From Dicyema japonicum (Eukaryota; Animalia; Dicyemida): a DNA stretch of 64,000 nucleotides. The DNA lies in the NCBI GenBank assembly GCA_011109175.1, contig RDEW01000002.1, positions 198,299 to 262,298 on the forward strand. The letters are read 5' to 3'. Positions 1 to 13,009 of the stretch are shown here, piece after piece (within the stretch, counting starts at the first letter, position 1; every line of letters starts with the position of its first letter). The notes beneath the pieces were generated by a model, which was not told the DNA's origin, ran no database searches, and was given only the letters and a program-made list of their open reading frames with translations. Made by a program: the position numbers and the translations under genes.

Positions 1-892
1 TCATAGGTGAATAATAAAAAGTGAGTCACAAGTCATTCTCTTTACATGTTGTAGCCACACATGCATACACTCACATATTTTTAAATCATTCGGAACCTGA
101 CAGATGATCAGTTCTTCATTTTTACAAAAACGTTATTGATCCCGATATTGGGTGTATCTGACAGATTGTATGCACAGAACATCTGGGTTTCTATGTCTCC
201 TAAATCAGCTTTAACTAAGAATGCATTTAACTAACTTTCATGGGATGAGTTCAGGTCGTCAGCGGATTTCAATTTTTTACGCTTTTCAAGTCCTTTTGTA
301 GGATGACTGCCAAGGTTATCCAGGCCTTCCACGGAAACTGCCCTCTTAGCAAACATAGTAGTATTCCATATATATGTTCGGCGCGGTTGCCAACTCCATC
401 ATCAGGATGCCCACGAATAGTCTCTCAGCGAGACTCCATTATCTCCAGAATATTGGCTTACAACCGTATTTCTAGTAAAATCCTTTGCATGATATACTGA
501 GGATGACAAAAAGCGGCAAAATAAAAATAATTAAATATAAAATATTTAATTTTATATGAATTTAAAAATAATTTAAATAATAAAATAATTTATTTGTAAT
601 TGATTATCACTTTGGTTTGGCATTTCCACTTTAAAAAAATATTTTTCACATATTTTGCAATAAATAGTTATTTTTATTTATTTTTTAATAAATAGTTTTT
701 ATTAAATAATTTTTAGCCAAAAATTAATAAAAAGAATAAATTTTAACCTAAAAACAAATCAGGTTAAAGTATTTATTTATTTTAGTTTTGCCGCCCAAAG
801 TGACAAAATTAACAAAAAGCGTATCAAACTGTTTTTTCAAACGTTTCCGCATAATTAAATTACTATCAATTTGAAATTCAAATTAGTAGTTA

Positions 893-2207
893 ATGAAATC
901 AATATCTGATGCCATTGATGACGCCATCAAGGAATCAAATGAAGACTACCTGACAGGATCGGTCGTCATTTACGCCCAAAAGTCATTAAGGCCTGGTTTG
1001 ACCTAATTAATGGAATTTAGACAAAATGATGAGATTGTCTCTTTCAGGAAGAGCATTAACTCCTTAGGGGACCTATCCCGTCTGAGTAAAATCGAACACA
1101 TCAGAGAATTAGATTTAAGTGGAAACCACGTGGAGACATGGGCTGATGTCTTGTTCTAGAATCATTCGTAGATCTCCCTGATTCTTGGCAAGCTTCATAA
1201 ACTCAAATTTTTGGACCTGAGCTTCAATCCTCTACATTCTGCTAAGGACGTCGATCATATCCGGCAAATGGACTCCCACTTTTGCCTTACTGAGCTTGTA
1301 TTGAACAAAACCTATGTCCCCACCGTTTTGGTAGTTCAGGAACTTCTCGAAAAACTCCCAAAGTAACTTGGAAGGTAATTTCAGCTTAGCGAAATTATGG
1401 CTTGTTTGAATGACTACAAATGCCTAATCGAGAATGAAAAGAAGGCCAAACTCTTCCCTTCAATAAAAGAGCTCCACATGGCGGGAAATAACATAAAGGA
1501 CTCCGAGGACTTGAACAAGTTTTGCTCTCTTTTTCCGGATCTTCAATATCTGTCAATACGAGAAAATCCTGTGAGTGAACTGAAGGGGTTAAAGGCTACC
1601 TCCCAAAGCTTCAAGGAATCAACCTTTGTGACACATTTATAACTGATTGGAGCCAATTGACCCACTTGACAGATTCCCTCGTTTATCGGAGTTCCAATTA
1701 CTCAGGATTCCTTTTATCGAGGTTCGTGGTGTTAAGATTTCAGAAATTGCATGATAAAGATCGTCGGAACCTGCTGATTTCTTACCTTCCGGGTCTCAAA
1801 GTCCTCAACAAAACCCCAGTCACTGCTAAGGAACGGGAGAGAGCTGAAAGAGCTTTTATCAGATTTTATATGAACTCCAATGATAAGCCTTCTAGATTTT
1901 ACGAACTGAAAAAAGTTCATGGAGAGTTGAGTCCGCTAGTGGACGTTGATCTTACTCCCCCAAAAGTTGTTTCCGTGGAGTTGCAATGTGACGGATTCAC
2001 GGATAGAACTGTTACTTTGGAAGTAAACAAGTCAGTAATGCACTTGCGAAAGTTGGTTTATCAGGAGTTGTTTGAAAATGACCGAAAAATTAAGTTTAAA
2101 ATGTTTTATATGATGCTGGAATCCCAGATGAGTTAAAATATCCCAACAAGCTCCTTTATTCATTCCGAATCAGAGACGGAGACCAGATCCTCATCGTTAT
2201 TCTTTGA
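893..2207 (+). CDS. TBCEL: Tubulin-specific chaperone E-like protein (LRR + C-terminal ubiquitin-like domain), multi-exon
   Basis: Spliced translation gives RELDLSGNHVETWAD, LKFLDLSFNPL, CLNDY, RRNLLISYLPGLKVLNKTPVTAKERERAERAFIRFY, LSPLVDVDL and YSFRIRDGDQI, matching the TBCEL layout. Four GT-AG introns of 22-25 nt; several homopolymer frameshifts. Confidence 0.85.
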
Positions 2208-3879
2208 AATTCTATGCTTTACAGATTTCAATGATTTTTATTTTTAAGATTTTTGTTTTTTTAAGATAATTTGGGCTATCAAAAACCATATAAAGTTCTT
2301 TATACTAGTGAACCAACAACCAGTGGGTATTCCCACGGACGATGCCATTTCACGTGGCTATTGTCTTTCCTGTAGGTCCTCAAGGCATATTGGGGGTAAC
2401 TCTTCTAATTTCTTAAAGAACGGTTATACCGATTGACCCGTAAAGCGATCCTTCGTCACAAACGTGTCATTGTTGTTCCCGTAGTCCCCGAGGCGTATTG
2501 TGATAGCTCTTATAATTTTTTCGAGAACGGTTATACCCATTTACCCATGAAAGCGTGTCCTCTGTCGTAAATGGGGTCATTTTTGATTAGTAGTACACCT
2601 AGTTTTTCTAATTTTTTAAGTACGTTTATAACGATTCAGAAAACCGTAAAATATCTTTAGAGATGGATATTTAACTTAAGATGGATGAGATGTCAGGAGA
2701 CTCTTTGTCTGTTTGGGGACCTTGACTTACATGAAAGTGGAGATCTCTTGAACGACCTGCCTTCGGTGAGTTTTATCATGTCAGTTAGGCTAGGGTTAAC
2801 AATTTTATTTGATTCTGAGTAGTATTGTGGTAGAAAACCATAATCCCACAACAAATGAGGTCAAGATTTTATAATTGTCAACATTTAAAACTACAAATCT
2901 CTCAAAATTAAGAAAAATGAGTAAAAATCTCTTAAAAAATCGAAATAACGAAAATGTAAAATTTCATTACAGTATATTGAAATCAAAATATTTGTCTAAT
3001 GCAGATTGCTTTTGAAAATTTCATTTAAGTTTTGTTTGATTTTTTATTTCAATAAGGTTAGAGCTTATTTGGTCATTTGAGCGGAATTGTGGAAGAAAAC
3101 CACAATCATACAACAAATGGACATTATTTTTTTAAATCTTAAATATTCCGAATAATGAAATTTTTCAGTGACTAAATGGCTGTAAATTTTCAAAGGGTAA
3201 AAAATGTAAAAACCTAAACTGTGACTTGCTATCACTTACAGGGCCCGACGCCAAAGTAATGGATCTCTGAGAGCGTCCTGATTAGCGGGGGTTTTTTGAC
3301 CGTTGCCAGTTCCTATATGCTAGCGAAACTGAGGTTAATTATCTAATTTAATTCCTTGCAATATTTGTTCCAATAAGGTTAGACAATGCAGTTCATCAAA
3401 TAGTTCTCAACAGAGGAATATATGACACATTGAACTTTGAAGATAATCTTGAAAAAAATAAAAGTGTTTTCTTATCAAATTAATGCACTTTCAGTAACAT
3501 ATCGCACGAATTACGGTCGATAAATTGATTATTAATGAAAGTAGGTTATTTTAACTTATCGTAGTTTAAATGGTTCAGAAGACATTGAGGTACCTCTATT
3601 GCACGTTTCCACTTAGATTCATGGTGGATGAATGCTCATGTCTTTATTCTTGGAAGGGGTGGGGACTCAGAAAACATTTGAAACGCTATTTTCTTAACAA
3701 AGAAAATGTCGGATGCAGATAAGATATGAGATTATCTCATCCAGCTCAAGATTGAATGAACTCGGGAATCACAAGAATAGATGATAGTTGATATGATTCT
3801 ATGGATACTCTTAATAGTGGTTAGTGGTCTTTATATTGCTTTCATTTATTCTCAATAAAAAAACTATTGCTAAAGTAAT

Positions 3880-4197
3880 AATCTCATTAATCTTAATTTT
3901 ACACATCCGAGTTTCTTTAGGAAGATCAGGGATTTGCTGCTTATTGCTCCTGTTGTCTCGACAGCAATCGCGCGAAGGTACATCGATCGAGGAGTCCCCT
4001 TTACTCTTTCTCCTTAGCTCTGCGACAGAAAGTGGGTTTACTTCGCTCACAATGATGTTGGTGGAGGAGAGAGAGTCGACGTATGTTGCATCTAAAATTA
4101 ACAATTCCCCTCTTCGAATGGAAATATTGTTACTCCGTCCGGTCGCTTCTCTTTTCCCATGTTCAGGCCTGTTGGTTTCAGTATGGGGGGTAACCAT
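3880..4197 (-). mobile_element. CRE-type non-LTR retrotransposon, 3' remnant (REL endonuclease region)
   Basis: RGELLILDATYVDSLSSTN...AELRRKSK, then in a shifted frame AIAVETTGAISSKSLIFLKKLG. Confidence 0.7.
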
Positions 4198-5399
4198 TAT
4201 GTAGAAAATACTCTCAAATCCACTACCTTATCGAAAAAGTTGAGATTTTTCTATTTGTGAAATCAAAGGCGGATTCGATTTGGGAAGGTACACTATTCGA
4301 GAGAATTTACTGTAGTTTATTTAAAACCCAAAAACAGCTAAGAAATGTGTTATATTCGAGAAATATGATCTCACTTTCTAATAATTTTCCGACTATCCAT
4401 GAGTGACTCACCAATGGCCACATCCTATACGACCATAAGTAATCCGGCCCTTTCTAAGCGATCATCTTATCTTTGAATGATATTCCTCATATGATCTTAC
4501 GCACTTCCAGTAGGTTCGTACTACTCTCAGGGATTTACGTAAGATGCACAGAGCGGCCGTTCTCTTCACTGGATTCTCAAAGGGAGTAGGATCTACCAAG
4601 TAAGACGAAAACTTTTTGGAAGTTTAAATCACTGAGGGTTGGAAGTTCTTGATTTTCTTTAAGCGTTTTTACTAAATTGGTACCCAAGGACATACCAAAG
4701 CTTTCTGCTGCCCGTGTACGATAATGATGCCACTTATAACTAACTTAAAAAATCGGGATTAAATAAAACAATGCTGATCAAAGATAAATTTGACAGCGCT
4801 GATTTGAAATCAAATACCCCAAATATGTTTGTGTCTTTTTAATTTAGAAAAAGAACGTTCACAACTACCAATTGATTAGTCAAAGTCTTCATCGCTGTCA
4901 ATAGAACAAGGTGATCGCTAGCAGTCGATCTTGTCTATGATGAAGAACTATAAAGAGAAAAGTGTGTATAGTCTGATAACGTGAACTTTATGGCTTTGAT
5001 CTGCTGTCCCCTACAGCGTGCTGCCCGAGGCGATTGCCCCTATGCTTCCCTCTAGGCACGCCCCTGTCCGCGGTTGTCACAAATCATCCAAATGTTCTCC
5101 ACATTTCATTTTTCTTTTGACGTACTTGAGATCAGATTCGAAAATCCTATTTATTTGACTTCCGTAATCTGGAGTCTAATCTCATAGGCCTCCAAAAGCG
5201 TGGCCCGGTTCAATGATCTTCCTAAATCCAACACTTCTTTACTCAGAAAGCACTTTTTGGCATTTCCTCGATCTTCCTCATATTTGTCCAAGATATAGAC
5301 GGTCCCACGAGGCGCCTGGTTCAATTAATGTTTTTAAAAGTTCATCAGGACCGGTGAGTACCACATTTCCGATTTCTCAATTAACTTTTTAATACGTTC

Positions 5400-5720
5400 A
5401 GTTTCTTCTCCCATTTTGACAAATGTTTTCTACATGTGGTGTCAGACAGAGATGCACATCAAGTGTCACTCCCAAGATCCTTTGACATTTGTTGAAAGGG
5501 ATGTCGGCCTTGTTTAACTTCATGGTGACTGTCTTCCTTCCCAATCTTTTGTCCGAGGTAAAAAAGTGACGGAGACGACTTCTCTGCATTCACCATGATG
5601 CGGTTTTCCACAAACAATATCATCGCATAGGAGAGTAGAAGATCATGAACAATATCAGTGTAGTACATCTCTCCGAGAAGAGCGGTTCTGACACTTTCTT
5701 TAGTTTTCTGCGTGAAAATT
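5400..5720 (-). mobile_element. LINE (Jockey/I-like) reverse transcriptase remnant
   Basis: LLSYA(D)DIV across a frameshift, NAEKS, and RILGVTLDVHLCLTPHVENIC. Confidence 0.6.
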
Positions 5721-6060
5721 GTGTATCGACTTCCTGTGCTCTTTGTGAATTTTTTGTCTAGAATTTTATCAACTTGTTCACATCTTTGCAGATAATCTTC
5801 CTCAGATGAAATTTCATCGCCTTTTGCCACTTTCGAATAGCTTTCCAAACTTCTCCCGTAGTACAGTTTCAATTTACTGTTGTAGGCACACGATTCCACT
5901 CCAAAATCTATGCCCTGAGCTCATTGACTGTATTTCATCATTCAAAGCTTTGATCTGGAGTTTCATTGGTCGCTTCTTGTTTCTTAGAAGACCGACCAAT
6001 CAATTTATGATGGAAGTGGTTAGGAGCCGAGTGTTCCGTCCAGTGAGGTACGGCCAAGAA

Positions 6061-6321
6061 ATTATTATTATAATTATAGAACCAAAAACCACCATCATAT
6101 CTAAAATAAACAAAATTCAGGTGATCCCAGCCTCCCTCAACATTCCGCATCTTTTCTCGGTGTTCCGACTGCCCTCCTCTCATTTCCGATATGGGCGGAG
6201 TCCGCATACTCGAGGAATGGAAGTTATTATTATTGAACCAGAAGACCACCGTCATATCCAAAATAAACAAAATTCAGGTGATCCCAGCCTCCTTCAACAT
6301 CTCTCCGCATCTTTTCTCGGT
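6061..6321. repeat. Two direct copies of a ~100-130 bp unit, each beginning with an (ATT)n tract
   Basis: AATAAACAAAATTCAGGTGATCCCAGCCTCC...CCGCATCTTTTCTCGG occurs at ~6105-6160 and ~6262-6320. Confidence 0.85.
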
Positions 6322-6448
6322 TAATTAATCAAAATGATTAACAAGGTCAATTGAAATATTAAATAAATAAAATATTTATTTTTAAAATTTAGTTTTTTAA
6401 TTTTTTTAAAATTTTGAAATAAATGTTACGTAAATTTAATTTTTTCTG

Positions 6449-6793
6449 ATGGCTAATCTTTCCGAAGATCCCTATGAGTTGATCGAGTGTCCCTATGACT
6501 CAAGTCACAAAATCATGCGAAAAAGTCTAAGCAGACATATATTAAACTGCAAAAAGGTTGAGACCAATATAACTTTTAGCAATATCTCGCGAAAAAGAAG
6601 GAAGTTAAATACTTTACCTGCCCTTTCAACTCACAACACGTCATTTCAGTTGAGAACAAAGAGGCCCACTTGGCTAACTGTCCAGACGCCTTTAACCCCG
6701 CTGACAGTAATGATGTTTTTCATTTGGCAGGTAGGTTTCTCTTATTGCAATAAAAACAATAACTTGGACGATCTGCTAGGAGACGGCTGGTGA
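6449..6793 (+). CDS. GTSF1: GTSF1/Asterix-like protein with two CHHC (U11-48K-type) zinc fingers
   Basis: ECPYDSSHKIMRKSLSRHILNC; removing the 23-nt intron GTTGAGACCAATATAACTTTTAG gives TCPFNSQHVISVENKEAHLANCPD. The 3' end is uncertain (stop at 6753 or 6793). Confidence 0.75.
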   Translation: MANLSEDPYELIECPYDSSHKIMRKSLSRHILNCKKVETNITFSNISRKRRKLNTLPALSTHNTSFQLRTKRPTWLTVQTPLTPLTVMMFFIWQVGFSYCNKNNNLDDLLGDGW

Positions 6794-6879
6794 TAGTTTT
6801 TTTCTTTTCTACGTTTATGGATTTTTTGATTATGTAAATTTCGGGGGTAATTATTGATATTTTATCTGCATTCCATTTT

Positions 6880-7770
6880 AGCATATTTATGAGTAACGTG
6901 CTTAAGTTGCATAGATTTTTTCTGAACTGCATAAACCCTGTAATTTTAATGGAATCTCTGAGGAGGTTTATGAAATCTTGCCGCCAATAATGGATCCTTT
7001 TCTAAGTTTACGAAATCTCTGATAGCCTTCATGGGGTCATTATTATTGACGCACGTCTGCTATGTCATGATGCAATGCACGTGCAACCCGAGAAACTAAC
7101 AGCAACATCATCCTCCATGAATTGTTTCTGTTTCGACCGAGGTCCCGTGATATGTGAAGGCAGTATTGCGTATGAATAAATTACTTATCGGAGAAGTAAG
7201 ATTCTAGGCTTCTTCTCGCCCCCCTTTTCATGAAAGTGTCCTCCGTGCATCTCCGAGTACGGACTTTAGCACTCAGGTCGCCCAAATAATAAATATTGAT
7301 CATTAAGACAATAAACTGATAACTTTCACGAGGTCACTATACAAAGGTTCTCCACCTCACTGTTAAGATCAACTCTTGGACGAACATCGAGTAAATGTGA
7401 AATGGCTGATTCATATTTGTATACCGCAAAATATAAAAAAATACATTTATTTGTTTTGAGGTAATTAACCTGACACAAACCGCAATGTGAAAAGTATGTT
7501 TTGGTTTAAAGATAAATACATTAATACTTATCGAATCCCCCATTAAATACCTCCAAAAGACCCCTAAGATAGTTATTGAATTCCCACGCTTTCTAAAATT
7601 TAGGATTTTAAGTTGAAGAGTTATCAAAGTGGTCAATTTCTTGAATGTGGTGAGGGACCTCTATCATTTTTAGCTTCAAAATGGATGAAGATCTTTGTCT
7701 CCTTTTATCTCGTGAGCTTGGACGAGGTAGCGGACTGGAAACATGAAGTTCTGAACAATCAAGTGTAACA
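6880..7770 (+). CDS. Possible unidentified multi-exon gene
   Basis: Several 20-23 nt GT..AG segments (e.g. GTTTACGAAATCTCTGATAG) separate open stretches such as IFSELHKPCNFNGISEEVYEILPPIMDPFL. No family recognised. Confidence 0.3.
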
Positions 7771-8099
7771 TGAATTGGAAAAATAAAGTTCTGAACAAAT
7801 CAAGTGTAACATGAAGACCCATATTTTAATTTCGTTGGTTTATGAATGAAAGAACTTAGAGGATCATCTGTCTGAAGCTTCACGCTTAGGATAAATTCTA
7901 TATGTTAGTTAAGTCCTCACTTAAGATGTCATCGGCTATTAAATGAGAGACTGTAAACACCAGTCGCTCCCTATTCTATGTGTTGCTTTTAACTCAATCG
8001 TTTGTGAAGTCGATTGCATATGACAATTTGTTAACCACTAAAGATCTGAGAATTGTAATTCAATTCAGAATTTTTTTAATAAAAGCCAATTTGGATTAA

Positions 8100-8250
8100 G
8101 GAGTAATGACGTCATCAGTGATTCATAAATGCGGAACTGGATTGTCACAGGGACTCTCACGCAAGAAAAAAAGGCATAAGCTTAAGAACACTCTCAATGT
8201 CTTGGCTTCATTCCTCGAATTATTAGCATAACTGTTTTTTTGTTAAATAA
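8100..8250 (+). mobile_element. SINE family 1, degenerate partial copy
   Basis: GACGTCATCAGTG...GGACTCTCACGCAAGAAAA...AAATAAAGTG matches the core and 3' part of the copy at 20292-20608. Confidence 0.55.
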
Positions 8251-9049
8251 AGTGCATGCCTTGTCTAAGCGGAGATTCAAGTAATGGAAACATTACTACT
8301 GCTCGGCGAATGAGATGCAAAAAAGCTAATTTGAGGGGAAAATAATTAATAAAAAAACCGTTCAACTAGTCATGTGAGTTATGTGATGTATATGTCTCAA
8401 CTAACTGCATTTCGTTAACAATGTCTGATCCCCAGAAGGAATGATGGAAAGAAATCCTTGACGAATTGATGACTTTTCCAGAATATTTTTCAACTTATGG
8501 GGCAACTCGTACTCTATTCTGACTAAAAACATTTATAGTTGAAAAAATCAATTTTGACATTAACATTTTATAAATCTTTAATTATGCTAATGAAACAAAT
8601 CCATTAATAACAAATCATGCTCCAACTCCCAAGAGACAGTCGACACTCCCAGGGGCTGTGAAAAAACATATCTGTTCATGAGGGTCCTTGAGTCATGCTG
8701 ATTTTGTGGCAACTCATTTACTCATTATAACATCCCTCCTGAAGTTTCATAGGCGATTGGGCGAAGCGGAAATTATCTCCAAGAGATTACTTGATTATTA
8801 TTAGTCGCTCCAGAGAACACATAAACGACACAAAGTTAGTAAAATCCCCCTGTCTCATAGTAACTACTCTCTTGACTATTCTCATTCATGGTCTCCCTTT
8901 CTCAGACTGCTGACATACCTTATCAAAGTACTTTTATTTTTGTATAATCCTATAGTTCCACATTCTAACACAGGAATATTCAGTCACATTCGTTGATTTT
9001 TTAGCAAGCAGCAGACTGATGGACTTTAAGAAAATTCTGGCATAACCAT

Positions 9050-10803
9050 GATTTAATGATATTAAGTTCGAGAACGTTGGTGAGTTAGTTAAGGGTGCAG
9101 ATTTTAGACGAAGTGAGATGGGGGACGTCAGAAACGCAGGAAACCGCAGCCATGGTTCCTCGTGAATTCTCCCAAGAGGAGAGTGGAGAGGGAAGGATCG
9201 ATGTGGGAAAAAGACGCCAAGCTCTTCGTCAGATTAAGTGTAGTTTATCAATCTCGAAAGAACATAACGCAAACCTACAAACACACAGGTGTTTCGACAG
9301 TTAAAACGATGACCTGTACAGTTTTAGATATAGTCAACAGGAACAAGGGAGGGGGGCTTCTTTATAATAACCTTCAGTATCTGGAAGTGAATTCCTGCCT
9401 ACAAAAGGAGTCGATGGGGACGGATGTCTAAGGAAGAACCGATCATAGGGCACACGAACGAACATAGTGATTACCTGATTCTTGACAGAACCGGAAGAAT
9501 CTTCAGCCATTCTTTCGTATCGACAACTCAGATGAGGAGTGTGATTTTTTTTATAACGAGTTGATTTTGTAAAATATCTACGAAAAAAGTGGGAATCCCT
9601 AGGAGGCACAAACATAGTTGATAGTAGGAACGATAGTTTTTTGGAATATAATACGGCTGGATAAGTTTTTATGCTGTCTTCAGGTAGGTATGAGCTTTTC
9701 CTTGCAATATCCTTGAGGATATTCAACTTTCGTTGGTTTCAATCACGCCTCGTGAAGATATCGTAAGTCACGCTAATTATTTTAAGATTCTTTGAAGCGA
9801 CTATAAATTCACACCCCAGGAAAACCACGGGGGCAAATTTGTAAGGAAGATTCGATGTGAATAAAGTAGAGGTAGATTTTGATATTGACACAGAAAATCG
9901 ATAACAATTGATCTAACAATCGAAATATCACTGAACGACCGCGATCGCAAAGGACGGGGGTCTGCTCATAGAGACGATGATAACACAGACTGGGATCTCG
10001 ACCTGGTGTTTCTGAAAAATACTCTTTCATGCAGTCCTTCAGCAGAGATTGAGATTAGAATGTTGTTAAGATGACGCAAGGAAATCTGAAATAATCGTCA
10101 TAAGAACTACTTTCCCTAACTCGATGTGGATCCATGCTCTGCCACGACTATGTGTGGAGGCACAACGAGGTAGTAAGGAGTCTTCATCTTCTTCTATGCA
10201 ATAAGTATGGTATTCGCCACATCAGACAGTTGCAGACTCATAAGGTGCAATCTGTAGTAGAGAACACCAGGGTCCAAATTAAGGTAGACAGTGTTATCCG
10301 TACCTCTCTGCTAGTCAAGCACAATTAATCGGACATTATGCTACACGATAAAGAGTATGGCCAAGTCTTTATCATAGAGATTGGTATCACTTCTCAAGAC
10401 TGTTTACAGACTGTGGAAGTGGAGAAAAAAAGGAACTATGAGTTGCTTGCAAACTAGATGGGGCAGATGGTTGGTTGCAAGGTCCTCGTTATTCCTATAG
10501 TAATGACGTAGGAAGGAATTGTAACAAAGTACCACAAGGGTTATCTGAAGCAGTTGGGGGTAGATAGGAAGCTCCAGGCTTATCTACAGTCCACTGTGTT
10601 AAAACGGACCCTAGAAAGTCTGACAATGGAGTATAGGAGGCAGAGCCCTGAGATGCCACATGGGCAGAGGGTTCAATTAGACAAAGCGCTCTCGGAGTTG
10701 TTTCAGCAACCAGAATCGAACCTGCCTGAGGAGGCTGGCGAACAGGCAGGCGAGGAAGGTTGTTGATTAAATATATTAACTTTTTTATGGTTTGTTAAAT
10801 AAA
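9050..10803 (+). mobile_element. R2/R4-like (REL endonuclease) non-LTR retrotransposon, degenerate 3' half
   Basis: MLCHDYVWRHNEVVRSLHLLLCNKYG, IEIGITSQD, IIP..MT*EGIVTKYHK, YLQSTVLKRTLES. The 3' end is shared with 27330-27633. Confidence 0.85.
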
Positions 10804-10851
10804 GTGGGGTTTATTATAAAAACAAAATTATTAATATTTTAATACCAGAGT

Positions 10852-11726
10852 ATGTCTAGTGGAAATGAATATACAGTCGTGTTTGTGAGGCACGGAGAGA
10901 GCGTTTGGAATAAGGAAAACAAATTCACCGGTGGACTGACGTTGAATTGTCAGAGAAGGGGCTAATGGAGGCAAAGTCCGCTGGAAAGGTGAGTTCCTCT
11001 CAAATAAAAGGCTCTCATTGAAGGTGGATACAAATTCGACATTGCCTACACAAGTGTGCTTAAACGAGCCATAGAGACGTTGAGCATAATCCAGAAAGAA
11101 CTGGATCAGAACCATATTGAGGTAACCAGGGACTACAGACTCAACGAACGACATTATGGGGCACTCCAAGGTCGGGGACTCCATCATCCTTTAGGACTTA
11201 ACAAGTCAGAGACGGCCGCGAAATACGGAGAAGATCAGGTTAAGATATGGAGGCGGTCATACGATATTCCTCCTCCGGAATTAGATAGAACCGATCCTCG
11301 TTGGCCCGGAAATTCCCCGATTTACGAGGTTTTTCCTGTCTTTACCATAGAGTGTTCCGAAAGACTCCCTGCCGTTGTGTGAGAGCCTAAAATGCACGGT
11401 GAAAAGGGTTCTCCCATTATGGAAAGAAGTCATCGTCCCTCAAATACTGGTAGTTGTGTGAGACATGCCAGAGTGGTAAACACGTGCTAATTTCTGCACA
11501 TGGCAACAGCATTCGAGCGCTTATAATGTTTCTTGAGAAAATTTCTGAAGCTGAAATTGTCGAATTGAATATTCCTACTGGTTGTGGAGTTTTCTGAGTT
11601 ATAGGGATTCCCCTGGTGGTTAAACTGGATGGAGAGATGAAGTTTGTAAAAAAATGGTATTTGGCCAGCGTGGAAGATCTGGCTGCTGCACAAAAGTCAG
11701 TTGCTGAACAGGGGAAGTCAAAATGA
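10852..11726 (+). CDS. PGAM: Cofactor-dependent phosphoglycerate mutase (dPGM)
   Basis: [18 protein letters not shown](W)[64 protein letters not shown]. Five introns of 22-24 nt (e.g. 10989-11010, 11329-11350). Confidence 0.95.
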
Positions 11727-13009
11727 GTAATATCCTAACTGTTTAACAATTCGAATTAATTCTAATTTCTCCAAGAATTGATTAATTCTCTTCTACGTAT
11801 AACATGATGGCAAATGGGAGTTACTCTGTGTTCCCCAAGTCACCTTTTCTCACAACGATTGATTTTCAAGATGTTATTCTTCAATGTTGTCTCGCAATCG
11901 GGATCGGATCAGCCTCCCTAGCTATTTGGTTAGCTAGTCAAGTGGTTAGTTGGTGTGATGGCTATAGTGGTGACTTATCTCTTGCATATGCAACTTCATC
12001 TTTTTAAGATTGGTGTGATCTCCCGTTTCACTTTTTATCTTGTGGATAGGCGAAATGAATGAATTAGGATGCATTCGTGGAAAAACTATGCTTTTGGCTC
12101 GAATCTCATCTTGGATAAAAAATTTGGAAGAACTTGGAAATTGGTAGTCGATTAGGAGTTTGTAAATGCAAGGATTCAAACCATAAATTTGAGAATTTAT
12201 GGGGAGTAATGTCGACTATTTTTTGACTTTAACGATTACTTATTTGGTGGAAATAGGATTTAGTGGTGAACCATTTAACTAAAAACAAGCGAATAGATAT
12301 ACGCGGAGGTTACACGTACAAGTCAAATTGAACCAAATAAAGCCTTGTGTTGAGAAATTAGCGGAGAAACATGAATTTTACATTAATTATCTGATAATTC
12401 AATTCTAAAAAGACCAGAAATAATAACTTTATAATATCCACATGTGGTAACAATGCCTCTGAGCACACACTAGTTTATGATGGGGAAAATTTTCCGGTTA
12501 TGGTGTAACGAACACGTCTTAAGGTTTCCAAAAGAGTTAATGACAGATATTTCTTCCCAATGATCCAATTATCTAACGAACAGGTATCTTTTCAAATGGG
12601 ATTTTCTCAAATTTCTCAAATTTTGTTCAGAGAGGTGTGTCAAGCGTACGCATAACTGTATTTGGTGCTTAGTTCCGAAACATAATGTACCCACTGATAC
12701 AATATAAGGAAGAAATATGACAAAATATTACATCCATCATTAGAAGGCAAGACAGTTAGAACCACGTCATAGAAAACCATGGTTACGTCACAAACTCAAC
12801 CTTCGACTAATTAACAGTTTTCAGTCTATTAAGTGAAAATGAACACTTTTAGGACAAAATATAACTCAACTCCTCAAAGATTTGTTTGCAGATTACTTTT
12901 TGATTATGATAGCCTAAATTTGACTAAAATTTATAATCTAGTCTGGATCTTAATTATTTTTTATTGGTTAACCTAATTCAGAATAATAAAAAATTAATTT
13001 AAAATTTAA

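Noticed and set aside
1-500. Possible minus-strand spliced gene divergent from TBCEL
   Set aside because: One or two plausible micro-introns, but no consistent start and no recognisable product.
3824-4204. Hydrophobic plus-strand ORF
   Set aside because: Antisense shadow of a CRE remnant.
5000-5066. GC-rich CAGGGGCGTGCCTAGAGG-like (minus) hAT-type terminus
   Set aside because: No partner TIR or TSD found.
5459-5899. 146-aa ORF as a host gene
   Set aside because: Overlaps frameshifted LINE RT motifs (YADD-like, ILGVTLD).
11800-12420. Possible membrane-protein gene between PGAM and hexokinase
   Set aside because: No consistent splice model or recognisable family.
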